From: Octopus vulgaris
Taxonomy: Eukaryota
Direction: 5' to 3'
Length of the DNA: 64,000 nt
NCBI GenBank assembly: GCA_951406725.2
Contig: OX597816.1
Span: 46,252,001-46,316,000 of the forward strand
Both the position numbers and the translations under genes were made by a program. Under the pieces are notes generated by a model that saw only the letters and a program-made list of their open reading frames with translations, did no database searches and was not told the DNA's origin. This document shows, in pieces, positions 12,725-25,807 of this stretch (position 1 is the stretch's first letter; each line of letters begins with the position of its first letter).

Positions 12725-13740
12725 TATTACTATATTTGGTGATATTGACCAGAGTTCATTTCAACTATATTCTTGAACCCTATTATAATGCCATCTGACA
12801 TATTTTCAAGCTTATTGTCTTTGACATCAGCTATGGATGGACATTAACAGACAAAAAGAAAAATTCAATTTTCACATCTAAAAGTCACATAGAACATTCT
12901 GAAGCATTTTAGTGAATGAGCTTACACAAATTCTGGAGTTTGGCTATCTATTGAGAGTGTTCTTATTACTACTGAAGACTATGTGTCCTTTGATTCATAT
13001 TTAATAAGATAATTTTCATCTCTTAGCCATTCAAAAATGCACAAAGACTGTTAGCTCTACTTAAACATTTATCATTTGCTGTTTGGTATCAAAATTTTTG
13101 TTGACAATCTTTATGTCTTTTCTTGAATAGCTAATAGGTGTCTTCCATAAGGTGGCAAACTGGAAGAATTGTTACCATACCAGGCATGATGTTTAGTGGC
13201 ATTTTGTCCATCTTTATCTTCTGAGTTCAAATTTATTTTTCATCCTTTCATGGGGGGTCAATGTAATCGACTTACCCCCTCCCCACCGAAGTTGCTGGCC
13301 TTGTGCCAAAATTTGAAACCAGTGTGTGTCTTTTTTCACACTACAACCATTTTAGCTGCAACACACTCCCTGATCTAATCACTTGCCTGGTGAGTGTATG
13401 CCACCGAAATTTCATTGCATAACTCTCTAAGAGATTATTCTTGTAACTGAAAACTGTGTCCTAAATTTGTTTGAGAATATTTCAGCTCTCATCTTTTGGC
13501 AGTTTCACCGTTTCTTGACTTACACACATAACCTACATGCAACAAATTGTACATTATGTACATAAGAATATTTGGTGTTATTAATAAACATTGTTGAAGG
13601 CTAATTCTTCTTTCTATTGATTATTTGACATGTTAATCATAACACAACTAATGCATATCAAATATTGGGTTATGTGATTTGAATGTGAAAAGGTTTACGT
13701 ATCTCTTGAATATTTGTGGGATTTAGCAAATAATTATTAA

Positions 13741-13776
13741 GATATATATATATATTTATGTGTATATATATATATT

Positions 13777-13808
<32 letters not shown>

Positions 13809-13835
13809 CGTGTATATATATATATGTGTGTTATA

Positions 13836-13912
<77 letters not shown>

Positions 13913-14178
13913 ATATATATATATATTTATGTATGTATATATTTATATGTATATATATATATATATTTATGTATGTATATATTTATGTATGTATATATAT
14001 ATATATATTATGTATGTATATATTTATGTATGTATATATATATATATTATTATGTATATATTTATGTATGTATATATATATATATATTTATGTATGTATA
14101 TATATTTATGTATGTATATATTTATGTATGTATATATATATATATATTTATGTATGTATATATATATATATATTTATG

Positions 14179-14213
<35 letters not shown>

Positions 14214-14248
14214 GTGTATATATATATTTATGTGTATATTTATATATT

Positions 14249-14290
<42 letters not shown>
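13741..14290. repeat. (TA)n/(TATG)n compound microsatellite
   Basis: Visible directly; source of the spurious YI-rich ORFs. Confidence 0.95.
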
Positions 14291-14293
<3 letters not shown>

Positions 14294-14958
14294 GTTACTG
14301 TTAGTGTGTATTCATTATTGGATATTTGTATGTTATGTGTATGTTGGAACAGACAGGTACATGTAATATAATGTTTATCTCTGTGAGTTTATGTGTTTGT
14401 ATATGTAGGTGTGCATGTGTGTGTTGATATATATACATGTGTGTATATGTGTGATGTTGGCAATTGTCTGTCAGTAACTACAGTTCCATGTGTATATGTG
14501 TATGTATGTATATCTGTATGAGTGTGATGTTGGCAATCATCTGTCTATAAATACGCTTCTATATGTGTCTGTGTATTTTTGTATATGTGTGTGTATGTGT
14601 ATCTATATGTGTGATGCTAATTTGCAGTCTGTATATATATATACTTCTATGTGTGTTTGTGTATGTGTGTGAGTACATGAGTGTGTGTGTGTGAATGTGT
14701 ATGTGTGATGTTGGCAAATTGTATTTCTCTGTGTGTATATATGTGTGTACATGTGTATATGTGTGTGTGTGTGTATGTGTGAGAGGTTAGCAATTGTCAA
14801 TCTGTAAATATATTTCAAAGTGTGTATTCATGTGTATTTGTGTGTGTGCGTGTGAGTGTGTATGTGAGATGTTAGCAAATTGTATTTCTGTGTGTGTATA
14901 TATGTGTGTGTGTATGTGTGAGATGTTAGCAATTGTCAATCTGTAAATATATTTCAAA

Positions 14959-14997
<39 letters not shown>

Positions 14998-15688
14998 GGA
15001 GATGTTAGCAGCTTTTTATCTATAAGTACACTTCTCTGTGTGTGTGATGTGGCCCATATCTATATGCTTATGCATATTCATGCATGCTTGTAGATGACTA
15101 TACATATGTGTGTGTACATGTACATGTGTCCACGAGTGTATGTGTGTATATGTTTATGTATGTGTTTGATGTTAGCCATTTTCTATCTGCAAGTGAACTT
15201 TTTCTCTATGTATGTGCATATGCATGTTCACATGTTATGTGTAGGTTGTGTATACTTGCAAGGCTGTATGTGTATATGTGTGTGTGTAAGTATGCTAAAT
15301 CTGACATTTCAAACTTCTTTGTAATTAACATATAAATTATAGTGACATTTCAAAACTTTGTTGGAAAATGATAAAAGGAAGTCAGAAATGTGTAGAACTG
15401 AAGTGCCAGAATTTGGAATATCCACTAGTAGCTGAAATGTCCAGTGGTAACCAGAATAACAACTGGTAATTTGAATATCTTTTGGTAACCAGAACAACCA
15501 TTTATAACCATAAAGTCGCTGCTGGTGTCTCTAACAGCTATTGGTAAACCCAATATCCATGGTAACTAGAATAACCAGTGAGCTAGTTGTTGTTATTTTG
15601 TGTGTATGTGTATATGTGTGTATGGATGTGTAGGGTGTGTGTGTGTGTGTGATGTAGGCAAACTGTCCATTGGTATGTACACTTCTTT

Positions 15689-15910
15689 CAGGCGAGCTGG
15701 CAGAATCGTTAGCACGTCGGGCGAAATGCTTAGTGGTATTTCGGCTGCCGTAACGTTGCAAGTTCAAATTCCGCCGAGGTCGACTTTGCCTTTCATCCTT
15801 TCGGGGTCGATAAATTAAGCACCAGTTACGCACTGGGGTCGATGTAATCAACTTAATACCTATGTTTGTCCCCTCTATGTTTAGCCCCTTGTGGGTAATA
15901 AAGAAATAGG
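15689..15910 (+). mobile_element. SINE family B with Tx1/L1-like 3' tail
   Basis: Head aggcgagctggcagaatcgttagc, B-box-like agttcaaattcc, tail tttagccccttgtgggtaataaagaaa. Flanked by duplicated ggtatgtacacttcttt. Confidence 0.9.
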
Positions 15911-15924
15911 TATGTACACTTCTT

Positions 15925-16570
15925 TATTCTTTTATTATTTTACTTGTTTTAGTCATTTGACTGTAGCCATACTGGAGCTCCATTTTAAAGTGATTTTTTA
16001 GTTGAAAAAATCAAACCCAGGATTTATTCTTTGTAAGCCTAGTACTTATCCTACTGGTCTCTTTTGCTGAACCACTAAGTTACAGGGACATAAACACATC
16101 AGCATCATCTGTCAAGCAATGATGGGGGGACAAACACAGACACAAAGATACACACACACACACATATATATATATGACAGGCTTCTTTCAGTTTCCATCT
16201 GCCAAATCCACCCACAAGGCTTTAGTCAGCCTGAGGCTATAGTAGAAAACACTTGCCCATGGTGCCCTGCAGTGGGACTGAACCTGGAATCATGTGGTTA
16301 GGAAGCAAGCTTCTTATTTCTTTATTGCCCACAAGGGGCTAAACATAGAGGGGACAAACAAGGACAGACAAAGGGATTAAGTCAATTACATTGACCCCAA
16401 TGCGTAACTGGTACTTAATTTATCGAGCCCAAAAGGATGAAAGGCAAAGTCAACCTTGGCAGAATTTGAACTCAGAACGTAACAGCAGATGAAATACCGC
16501 TAAGCATTTCGCCTGGCATGCTAACGTTTCTGCCAGCTCGCCACCTTTTACCACACAGCCACACCTGCAT
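15925..16570 (-). mobile_element. SINE family A interrupted by a nested family B SINE (16313-16547)
   Basis: A-body breaks at ggaagcaagcttctta and resumes at ttaccacacagccacacctgc after the B copy. Confidence 0.85.
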
Positions 16571-17089
16571 GTGTGATGTGCTTTGTGGTTTGGGTATTAG
16601 CTTGGGCTCATGATCATAAAATCATGTGTTCAATTCCTGGACCGGATGGTTCTTTGTGTCCTTGAGCATGGTTCTTCATTTCACATGATCTAATCTACTC
16701 AGCTAAAAGTGAGTACCTGCTACCAAATGTTGTTGCAGCCTTTCCTCCTTCCTGCAGTTACATCTTCAATGTTTTGCTGGGTCTATTGGGTATACTACTG
16801 AAAGGATGTCTATATCTGCTCATCACTATATAGGCACTTAAAACAATTAGTGAAAGTGCAATGCCACGTAGAAGCACCCATGCGACAAGCCGTTCAAGAA
16901 TTTGGACCTGGAGATCTCCATTTCCAACGACTTCGAGGGCCACCTCCCAGTGGTGTCAGGCATCAATGAAGAGCCCTCGACTACAACAAGATGACCAAAG
17001 TTTTTTTTTTCCAAGGTCTGGGGTCTCCCGCCCCTAAGCCCTAGACCATCACCAAATCACCCTTACCCGTCTTGTTACTTAACAACAGC

Positions 17090-17402
17090 AACAACCCATG
17101 CGACAACATGTAAAAGCACCCATGTGACATGTTAAAGTGCTTGTGCAGCACCACACGAAGTGCCTGTGCAGTGTCACATAAAAGCGCCCGTGTGGTGTCA
17201 GATAAAAGCACCCAGCACATTGTAAAATGGGTGGTATTAGGAAGGGCATCCAGCCAGAGAAACCATGCCAAATCAGACTGGAGTTTGGTACAGCTCCCCA
17301 GCTTGTCACCTCTGGTCAAACTGTCCAACCCATGCCAGCATGGATAGTGGATGTTAGATGATGAAGATGAAGGGGAGGAAGAGGAGGAGGAAGATGATGA
17401 TG
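17090..17402 (+). mobile_element. RTE-type 3' tail element ending in (GAT)n
   Basis: Repeats of aaaagcacc, then ggtattaggaagggcatccagcc...ccaacccatgccagcatgga...gatgatga; same family as 19730-20275, 29297-29625, 37248-37550. Confidence 0.75.
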
Positions 17403-17442
17403 GTGTGTACTACCACTACACAGTCTTTTTTTTTTGTGGTGA

Positions 17443-17745
17443 GGTGGCTTGTGACCCTGAAAACTATGCCAGTAGATTGTAAGCTCCTGGTAGGTCCTCC
17501 CATGCTGGACGGGTCAAAGGATTGAAGCCAGAATAATATGGGCTACTTCTTCCCAAAGGTAAAAATAGGTTTATATAGGGCCAACACCTCTACTTAGAAA
17601 CAAGGCAAGAAGATATTGAAGCAGAGCTGAAAAAAATGGGGATCCATCTGGAGAGAATCAGAAAAGACAACTCAGAGTTGAAAACCGTGGAACAAGTTGT
17701 CAATGGCCTATGCTCCACTGGGAGTGTAGGGCTTAAGTAAATTAG
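17443..17745 (+). mobile_element. Short internally deleted RTE-clade element (5'UTR joined to ORF 3' end)
   Basis: 5' part ctatgccagtag...gctcctggtaggtcctcccatgctggacgggtcaaagg resembles RTE 5'UTRs. 3' part encodes ...DIEAELKKMG...VVNGLCSTGSVGLK*, an RTE-type C-terminus. Confidence 0.55.
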
Positions 17746-18898
17746 TAAGCATGGTAAATACTACAAAATCATGCATGCTCTGCATGTGAATACTATGATT
17801 TTTTTCAGCAGTAGATCAGCCCTGAATGAGAAAGACTTTGATGAAAAACTTTCCCACCATGACCATTCCATTTTTTTTTTTGTTCAAAGAACCATAGGCT
17901 ACATTATCCATTGTATTCTTTTCAAAGGTGTTAAGAAGATGTTAAGATGTGATTTGAAAGAGTTTTACCTGTTATTTCAAGTAGGTCTAACAACGAAGGA
18001 GAGAGGTTTTCCTTATTGACTTGAATGGTCTGGTATGGAACATAGAGAAGGGTTTTTGCAGGCTAATTTGGAATGGTTCCACAGTCTAACTTGGAATATA
18101 GAGCTACAGTGATGTAGAGTATCAGTGACTTGGTTAGGTATGGTGAAAAACTTTGTTCTTCAACCAGCTGTCTGGAACAAGGAAAACAATTAACAATTGA
18201 TAATAACTTTTTAACTTAGGCACAAGACCAAGCGTTTTGTGGGGAAGGTACAAGTCAGTGACATTGATTCATGTACTTGACAGGTATTTATTTTGTCACT
18301 GAAAGAAAAAAAGAAACCAGATAAGCAAATGGAAATGAAGAAAATTCTTCAATTATAGTAAGTAAAAATTTGAATAATTAGAATGAGAAAGGTGTCATTT
18401 CAAGTATATTGACAAATGCCTAGATGGATACGTAGCTTTTATAAGTGAAATATCTTTCAGCTGATAAAGTTTCGTTTACTTTCCTAACATACATGGCAAT
18501 TGGTGCAAACTTGCCATACTTCTTCAACAGAACGGAAAATGATGGATAACATATTTTTATGACATGAAGCATTCTTCTTATACCAGTAATTCTAAATGTG
18601 TAGTTGTTGAAGCAGTAGCACAAGTATGAGACAGATAATCAGTTGTAAAATTTTTCAAATCAGGTTCACAGTTTATAGGATGTGAGAGAGGAGAATGTTT
18701 GATTATCCAGCATATGATTTTATCATAGTTTTTATTATTATTTCTGTCTGGTTTTCATTGTCAGATATAAATGAAATGAACCTTTGATCTGTCTCTAAAT
18801 TAAAATGTTTTGTGAGGAAACGTTTCCATTTTCTCACGGCTTCAATAACTCTATCAGCTTCTATGTTAACAATATGGTAATATTTTTTCTTCTCAGAA

Positions 18899-18975
18899 TT
18901 AATTCAAGACCTTGACAAAATTCCACAGTCTACCATCTTGAGATAATGTTGCAGTTATAGTCTCATCAGTAGCAT
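18899..18975 (-). CDS. Putative terminal coding exon of an unidentified host gene
   Basis: Minus-strand acceptor tttgtcctttacag| then (x)ATDETITATLSQDGRLWNFVKVLN*; unique non-repetitive sequence follows as a possible 3'UTR. No homology recognised. Confidence 0.3.
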
Positions 18976-19233
18976 CTGTAAAGGACAAATTATTATTGAT
19001 AGCAACCACAGCTGCTCATTTAATAGCATTTTAAATAGAAATGCTACATTTCATAGTATCTTGATAAGGGTAACTTATACTAACTAAACAGCCTAGTCTT
19101 TGAAGAGTAAGAAAAGCACAAGCATTGCTGTGTGATAAAAAAATTACTTTTCAATCACATGGTTCCAGGTTCAGTCTTACTGTACCAATGCCTTATAAGT
19201 GGATTTGGTAAACAGAAACTGAAACGAACCTGT

Positions 19234-19269
<36 letters not shown>

Positions 19270-19729
19270 CATATAAGAGACCAAAGTGTACATATCAGTG
19301 AACGTAACTGATATGAAATATGTCATAAATAACAGTGACACATTGATATGACACCGCCAGAAAATGTTATGGCAGAAATTGTATTCACCTCAATAGACAT
19401 CATTGATTGGTTGAAATTGCCGAAATGCAAGAAATTAAACAACAAATAGCTTACAAACTACAGAATTTTCTCAAGAAAGCCAAGAGAAAAATATGTTTTA
19501 TGTAACACTACCAGTATATGAAGTTTAAAAGTGTTTAGTTACAAAGAAATTATTTTAAAAATCTGCCGGTCAAAGCGAAAAAATACCACATTTGTACTGT
19601 CATACTGTCATTCATGCACACTGATATTGCACATACATAAAGCATGCTCACTTCATTTCTTTCTAGTTATTCTACATTCAGGATCCAATCAAGCACCATA
19701 CAGTTTGCCTTTTACTTTGTGAGAGAAGC

Positions 19730-20275
19730 CTTTTATTACTAGCCTCAGTCCACTTATGCATACCTTTCCTTCTTGGGACACAAAACCCTACTTGTGAAGA
19801 CCTGTTGAGGCAAGTGAAAATCAAAAAATCAAAAAATCAAAAATCAAAATCGATCAACATGAATGGAAATTGTCACTGTGATATCAGTGCTGGTGGCACA
19901 TAAGAGAACCATCCGAATGTGGCCGTTGCCAGTGCCGCCCTGACTGGCTTCCGTGCCGGTGGCACGTAAAAAGCACTATCCGATCATGGCTGTTTGCCAG
20001 CCTCGCCTGGCCTCCGTGCCGGTGGCACATAAAAAGCACCATTCGACCGTGGCCGTTTGCCAGACTTGTCTGGCACCTGTGCAGGTGGCACGTAAAAAGC
20101 ACCCACTACACTCATTGAGTGGTTGGCATTAGGAAGGGCATCCAGCCATAGAAACATTGCCAGATCAGACTGGGCCTGGTGCAGTCTTCTGGCTTCCCAG
20201 ATCCCCAGTTGCACCATCCAACCCATGCTAGCATGGAAAGCAGACCCTAAACGATGATGATGATGATGATGATAG
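19730..20275 (+). mobile_element. RTE-associated 3' region with ~60-bp internal tandem repeats and (TGA)n tail
   Basis: Four copies of gtgc(c/t)ggtggcac(g/a)taaaaagcacc; ends gcatggaaagcagaccctaaacgatgatgatg. Confidence 0.8.
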
Positions 20276-21557
20276 GTAATAGCCCTCTGAAGACACTTGC
20301 ACAAGGTGATGCTCAGTAGGACTGAACCTACAACAAGTGGTTTCAAAGCTAACTTCTTAACCACATAGCCCCAAAAAAATCACAGTAAAAAAAATTTGCT
20401 ACAATGTCAGCTTTTTGTCTGGTCTTGCTTTCTTGTTCATTTTGTTTCAATAATTGATAATTTTTAAATTGATTTAAAGAAAGTTTCAGCTATAATACTT
20501 TAATCAATTTAAAAGAGACACATCTCGCCAGTAGCCATTATTAACATTAGTAATGGAAGGTGTAAGACAGTGAAAAGACATAACTGTTTATATAGATAAG
20601 CAGTTCTTATCGTAACTCTTGGAATATTGCTTAAAAAAAGAAAGCATGGTTATTGGTTAATGCTTACATAAACAGAACACAATTGATAGTTTCTAGTTTT
20701 GTCTGGAACTAAGTTTACACCCCCCCCCACACACACACATGCATAAATGCTACAACAGTAATATTGATTTCAAGTTTTGGCACAACGCCAGCAATTTTAG
20801 GCGAGTCAGTTACATCAGCTCAAGGGTTCAACTAGTACTTATTTTATCGACCCTGAGAGGATTAAAGGGAAAATCGACCTTGGCAGAATTTGAACTCAGA
20901 ACATAAAGACTGACAAAACGCAGCCAGGCATTTTATCTGGAATGCTAACAATTCTGTTAGTTTGCCACCTTGCTACAACAGTAATATTAAACTGTTTGAT
21001 TATTGGTTAGCTTTGAGTTTACAAACATCGAAATGAAATCAAAGAGTGGTTGCTCTAATTGTAAGAAATAACAGTCAGATCACCCTCAAATCATGCTTTA
21101 CCGACATGAAAAGAAGACATCGATAACGTAATTTGAGAAACGCTATGTCTGAATAAAAAGACTGCATAGTTACAGCTGGAATCTATTTGATCTTTGGACC
21201 GGCCTGGAACAACACCACCGTCACCTCACCACAAACAACAACAAATCATCATCATCATCATCAAAAGTAGCAGCTTCCACTTTTGTCTGGAATTAACCAG
21301 GGATATCAAAAAAAAAAAAGAAGAAAAAAAAGAAAAAAGAAATATCAACAATCAATGCAATGTTAAAATGTTTGGGTTATTGGATAGCTTCTTGATAAAC
21401 AGAATGGAATGGTAGCTTTGAATTTTGTCTGGTGTTGGCCAAAGATATAAAAATCATCCAACTCCAAAACAAGAATCCGGTCAATAATAGCAACAAGGGA
21501 TATTACCAGAATATAATATAATGATACAATTTTGAAATATATATATGTATATATATG

Positions 21558-21895
21558 TTACGGAGATGTACTTGCATAGCGAGTGACTTGATCTGAGATC
21601 GTGTGCTGGAACGAAAACAATTGCAGCGTGGAAGGTGTTTATAAGCCATTTAAGAAACACACAAAACCGTTAGATTCACTTCAACATTTAAATTTAATTT
21701 GTCAAAATATTTTCGTCGCTTTGAGACAAAACTGACAAAACTTCGTGATGCAGCACGAAGTTTTGTCAGCGAACAGGTTGCGGTCTCAAATCGACAAAAA
21801 TATTTTGACAAATTAGATTTAAGTGTTGAAGTGAATCTAACGGTTTTGTGTGATTCTTAAATGGCTTATAAACACCTTCCACGCTGCAATTGTTT
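21558..21895. mobile_element. Fold-back element containing a decayed G3-C8 hammerhead-like motif
   Basis: Arms 21615-21727 and 21783-21895 are inverses with few mismatches; central hairpin ctgacaaaacttcgtg-atgcag-cacgaagttttgtcag; unpaired extension 21558-21614. Confidence 0.8.
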
Positions 21896-22377
21896 ATGTA
21901 TATATGATTTAGATTAAAGTGTTAGGTGAGTACAGAGTGTAATATGAAATTTGAAGAAGTGACAAGGGAACAAGGATTGCATGCTCAACTGTCACTGTCA
22001 TTCCATTAATTTTATATTACACTCTGTAATTGTCTAATGCTTTATTTTGAAGCATGTATATTGAGTTCTGACAGTGGATTATTAGTGTTGCTATGCCTAA
22101 GCAAAATCCTTATGTGTATATAAATGTGCCTTTCTATATATATATACACATACAAATGTGTGTGTGTGTGTGTGTAGATACAGATAGGAAAGTAGATTGA
22201 TTGACAGATAGACAGACAGACCAGTCGATGACCCAATATATGTGTGTGTGTGTAGATATAACCCTATTCAGTAACCAAAAATGCTCAACTTTAATAAATT
22301 ACAGTCTATGTTACAAGCTCTCTTTACTCTTTTAACTCTTTTATTTGTTCATCTGTTCCTCTCTTTCTCTTTTTTTT

Positions 22378-22778
22378 CTCTTTTACTTGTTTCAGTTATT
22401 TGACTGTGGCCATGCTGGAGCACCACCTTTAGTCGAGCAAATCGACCCCAGGACTTATTCTTTGTAAGCCCAGTACTTATTCTATCAGTCTCTTTTGCCA
22501 AACCGCTAAGTTACGGAGACGTAAACACACCAGCATCAGTTGTCAAGCGATGTTAGGGGGGACAAATACAGATACACAAACACATACACACATATATACA
22601 TATATATATATACATATATATGACGGGCTTCTTTCAGTTTCCGTCTACCAAATCCACTCACAAGGCTTTGGTCGGCCTGAGGCTATAGTAGAAGACACTT
22701 GTCAAAGGTGCCACGCAGTGGGACTGAACCCTGAATCATGTGGTTGGTAAGCAAGCTACTTACCACACAGCCACTCCT
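22378..22778 (-). mobile_element. SINE family A
   Basis: Full family A body ending accacacagccactcc. Confidence 0.92.
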
Positions 22779-22956
22779 TGAGTTTTTCTTTTTTTTTTTT
22801 TTTGTTTTCTTTTTGTTCTAAGAAGCCAGCATGCTTCAGGCTTTGGTGCAGTTTCCATCTACCAAATTTCACTTGTAAGACATTTGTCAGTCTGAAGCTA
22901 AAGTAAAAAATTTATTACCAAGTTTTCACACAGCAGGATTGAACCCAGAATCATAT

Positions 22957-23530
22957 TGTAGGGATTTGAACCCCAACCCTGAGATATTCAGTTAAGGGTC
23001 GTGAATAATCTATCACCGTTTCATGTGATCAATCTCTAAATTGATCAATCAGCATGAAGCTATGGCGTGATATGGCTCTTCACATTATCTAAAATTTGCT
23101 TGCTTTTCACCCTGTAAAAACTGTTTGGTGCCAACTCAGCCAAATGGTCTCAGCAGGTGGCTAATACAAGACAGCCTCAGGCATTTGCATAGACCACTTT
23201 GGGCACTCACAGAAGGCAGACTGCTAAGACCAGACCACTTTTGGCATTCAGACAGATCACTTTGAGTAATGACAACTCCAGACACCCACACATGATATAC
23301 CACATGTAACCTTCTACAGTTACAGCATGGTTCTCTCCTCCCAGTCAGTGGTTATATTATCAAACATCTTTATTTTGTAAACAGCCAATGCAATAAATCA
23401 TGTTCAGCAATAAATATGTTAAAAGTTAAAAAGTTTGTGAGCTGCTTCATTTATTATGCATGCAGCTAGCTAGACCGCATGACGATGGTCTCTACAGCAT
23501 CCGCCACCACCAAACATTCTCCTCACAGCA
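22957..23530 (+). mobile_element. Solo LTR (574 bp, Gypsy-like 4-bp TSD) inserted in an old SINE
   Basis: TG...CA ends, ATAT duplicated on both sides (22953-22956, 23531-23534), AATAAA at ~23392 and ~23408. The interrupted SINE reads aatcatat|ggtt across the insertion. Confidence 0.75.
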
Positions 23531-25235
23531 ATATGGTTACAAAACAAACCTCTTACTCACAGAGTCATATCTGTGCTAATGATTGTTAATCACAAAGAAA
23601 TATCAATCTTCAAGTTGAAACCTAGCTTTAAAGGTTTGTATTCTGTGTTCATTAGCTTTTATTCTTCTGATTAGATTATTTAATAAAAATATTTCTCATG
23701 ATGACTGAAATCTAATTAATACTATTTTCTAATATTTTCTGCATATATTATTAGCGATGATTTAAAATGGAGTTCTTTCACTTGCTTTTATCTACTTGCT
23801 GTCCACCTTTGATTTCTCGCTCTTTAAGATTTAAAATAAAATAAGAAACTGTCATTATCCTACATTACTTAAAGAATTTAGATTTAGTATGCTTATTGTT
23901 TTTATTTTCATTCTTTTATTATAATTTCCATTTCAGCTCATGAGGTTTCTTTTTTGTTTTTAAATCTTACAAATTGAGTCAGTAATGAGAAAGGAAATGT
24001 TAAAAAGAATCTGTTTTCTGAATTCCAGCTTAATCCACTGATAAAACTTCATTCAATGATAATATCCTTAATTCCTTTGATAACTTTAATCCTCTAATCT
24101 AATCTTTACACTATCTCTATAACTGTCATTACAAAAGTAAATTACCATATTGCTCAACTTGTTAACATTGCTTCACAATTACATTACCTTATTAATCATT
24201 AAGCACTTCAATTCAATTATTATTTGTAATAATATGAATTCAAATTCAAATTAATATTAATGAGTTGGTAAAGGGACCATCATAAAAATTAAAGTTTTAT
24301 CAAATCAACTGTCAGCAACTTCATTTTGTAATGGGCCATTGTTGATTTTCTTTTATGCTTGCTTATTTAAGGGCCACTGTCAGTCAATGATTACCATGCA
24401 TCTGCACATGTATGTGCAAGTCTAGATGAAATTTTTCAAGGAAGATTAGCAAGTTTTATGTCCATATGCTCAATGTTGTCCAAGAGATAACCCATTACTT
24501 GAGGGCTGATACAGTTTGGCACAAGTACCATCTCAAGTGTGGCTGTCAGAATGTGAAGATCTAAGAACAGGTACTGCAAGGCATTGTCTCCGACACTAAC
24601 AATTCCACCAACCACTACCATGGATTGGTAAAAGGCAAACGTGACTTCACTGGAATTTGAACTCAGAGAACAAAATTGCAATAAATACCACAAGGCATTC
24701 ACTCTAATGACCTGACCAGTTTACTGTCTTCCTTGCCTGTCTGTGTCATATAAGGTAGCGAGCTGGCAGAAATGTTAGCATGCTGGGCAAAATGTTTAGC
24801 AGTATTTCGTCTGCTTTATGTTCTGAGTTCAGATTCCGCCAAGGTTGACTTTGCCTTTCATCCTTTCAGCGTTGATAAATTAAGTACCAGTTGCATACTG
24901 GGGTCGATCTAATCAGCTAAAAAGTACCAGAGTTAAGAAAAATAAATGAGTACTGGGGTCCATTTTGTTAGTTAAACCCTTTAAGGCAATGCCCCAGCAT
25001 GGCCACAGTCCAATGAGTGAAACAAGATAGATAAGTATCTACCCACTTTGCCATCACTTGCAATGTGTACATAAGCAAAAATAAAGTAAGTTGTGCCACA
25101 AAAGACTATCTAAACCCATTGATGGCCCACAAATACAATAAATTTGAAAAGTTTATTGGAACGATGTGAGGCCCACAGAGAACATTTCATTGGTCCATAT
25201 GTGGGCCGTGGTCCTCTTGTTACCAACTTCTGTAT

Positions 25236-25465
25236 TAACCCTTTAGCATTCAAATTACTCTATTAAATGTAATGCTTATTTGTTCTCTTTGCTTTGAATT
25301 AATCATTGCATTATTTCATAGCTTCAAGATTTCAATGAGGTGACAGTTTATTTTTAGAATGACATTGTAGGAAAGGCATGAGAGGCTGGATCTGGCTTGT
25401 TTGAACATAAAACAGGTAGAATATTTAGGCCAGGTATGGCCGGTTTGAATGTTAACGAGTTTAGC
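25236..25465. mobile_element. piggyBac-like MITE
   Basis: ttaa-ccctttagcattcaaa at left; decayed inverse tttgaatgttaacgagttt at right. Confidence 0.55.
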
Positions 25466-25807
25466 CTCTAGACCTGTTAACACACCATCTGAAGATTTGA
25501 TGTCATATTCCATTCTATATTTTTAAATCCTGGAGTAGAAAAGAATAATAATAATTTATTATTCTTTTCTACTCCAGGCACAAGACCAGAAATTTTTGGG
25601 GAGGGGGCCAGTTGATTAGATCGACCCCAGTATGCTGCTGGTATTTAATTTATCGATCCTGAAAGGCAAAGTCAACCTTAGCAGAATTTGAACTCAAAAC
25701 ATAAAGACAGACAAAATACTGGTGTGCTAATGTTTCTGCCAGCTCACCACCTTTAAATATTATTATTATTATTAATATACAGTGAGTAAACATCAATCAT
25801 GTTGGCT

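Noticed and set aside
13355-13388. 34-nt plus-strand micro-exon (ttttag|...ctg|gtgagt)
   Set aside because: Splice-like signals only; no partner exons or coding evidence.
18960-18972. CTGATGAG on the minus strand (also at 11749, 33963, 38777)
   Set aside because: No stem II followed by GAAA, so not hammerheads.
22550-22750. Recurrent DGLLSVSVYQIHSQGFG ORFs
   Set aside because: Antisense reading of SINE family A, not a gene family.
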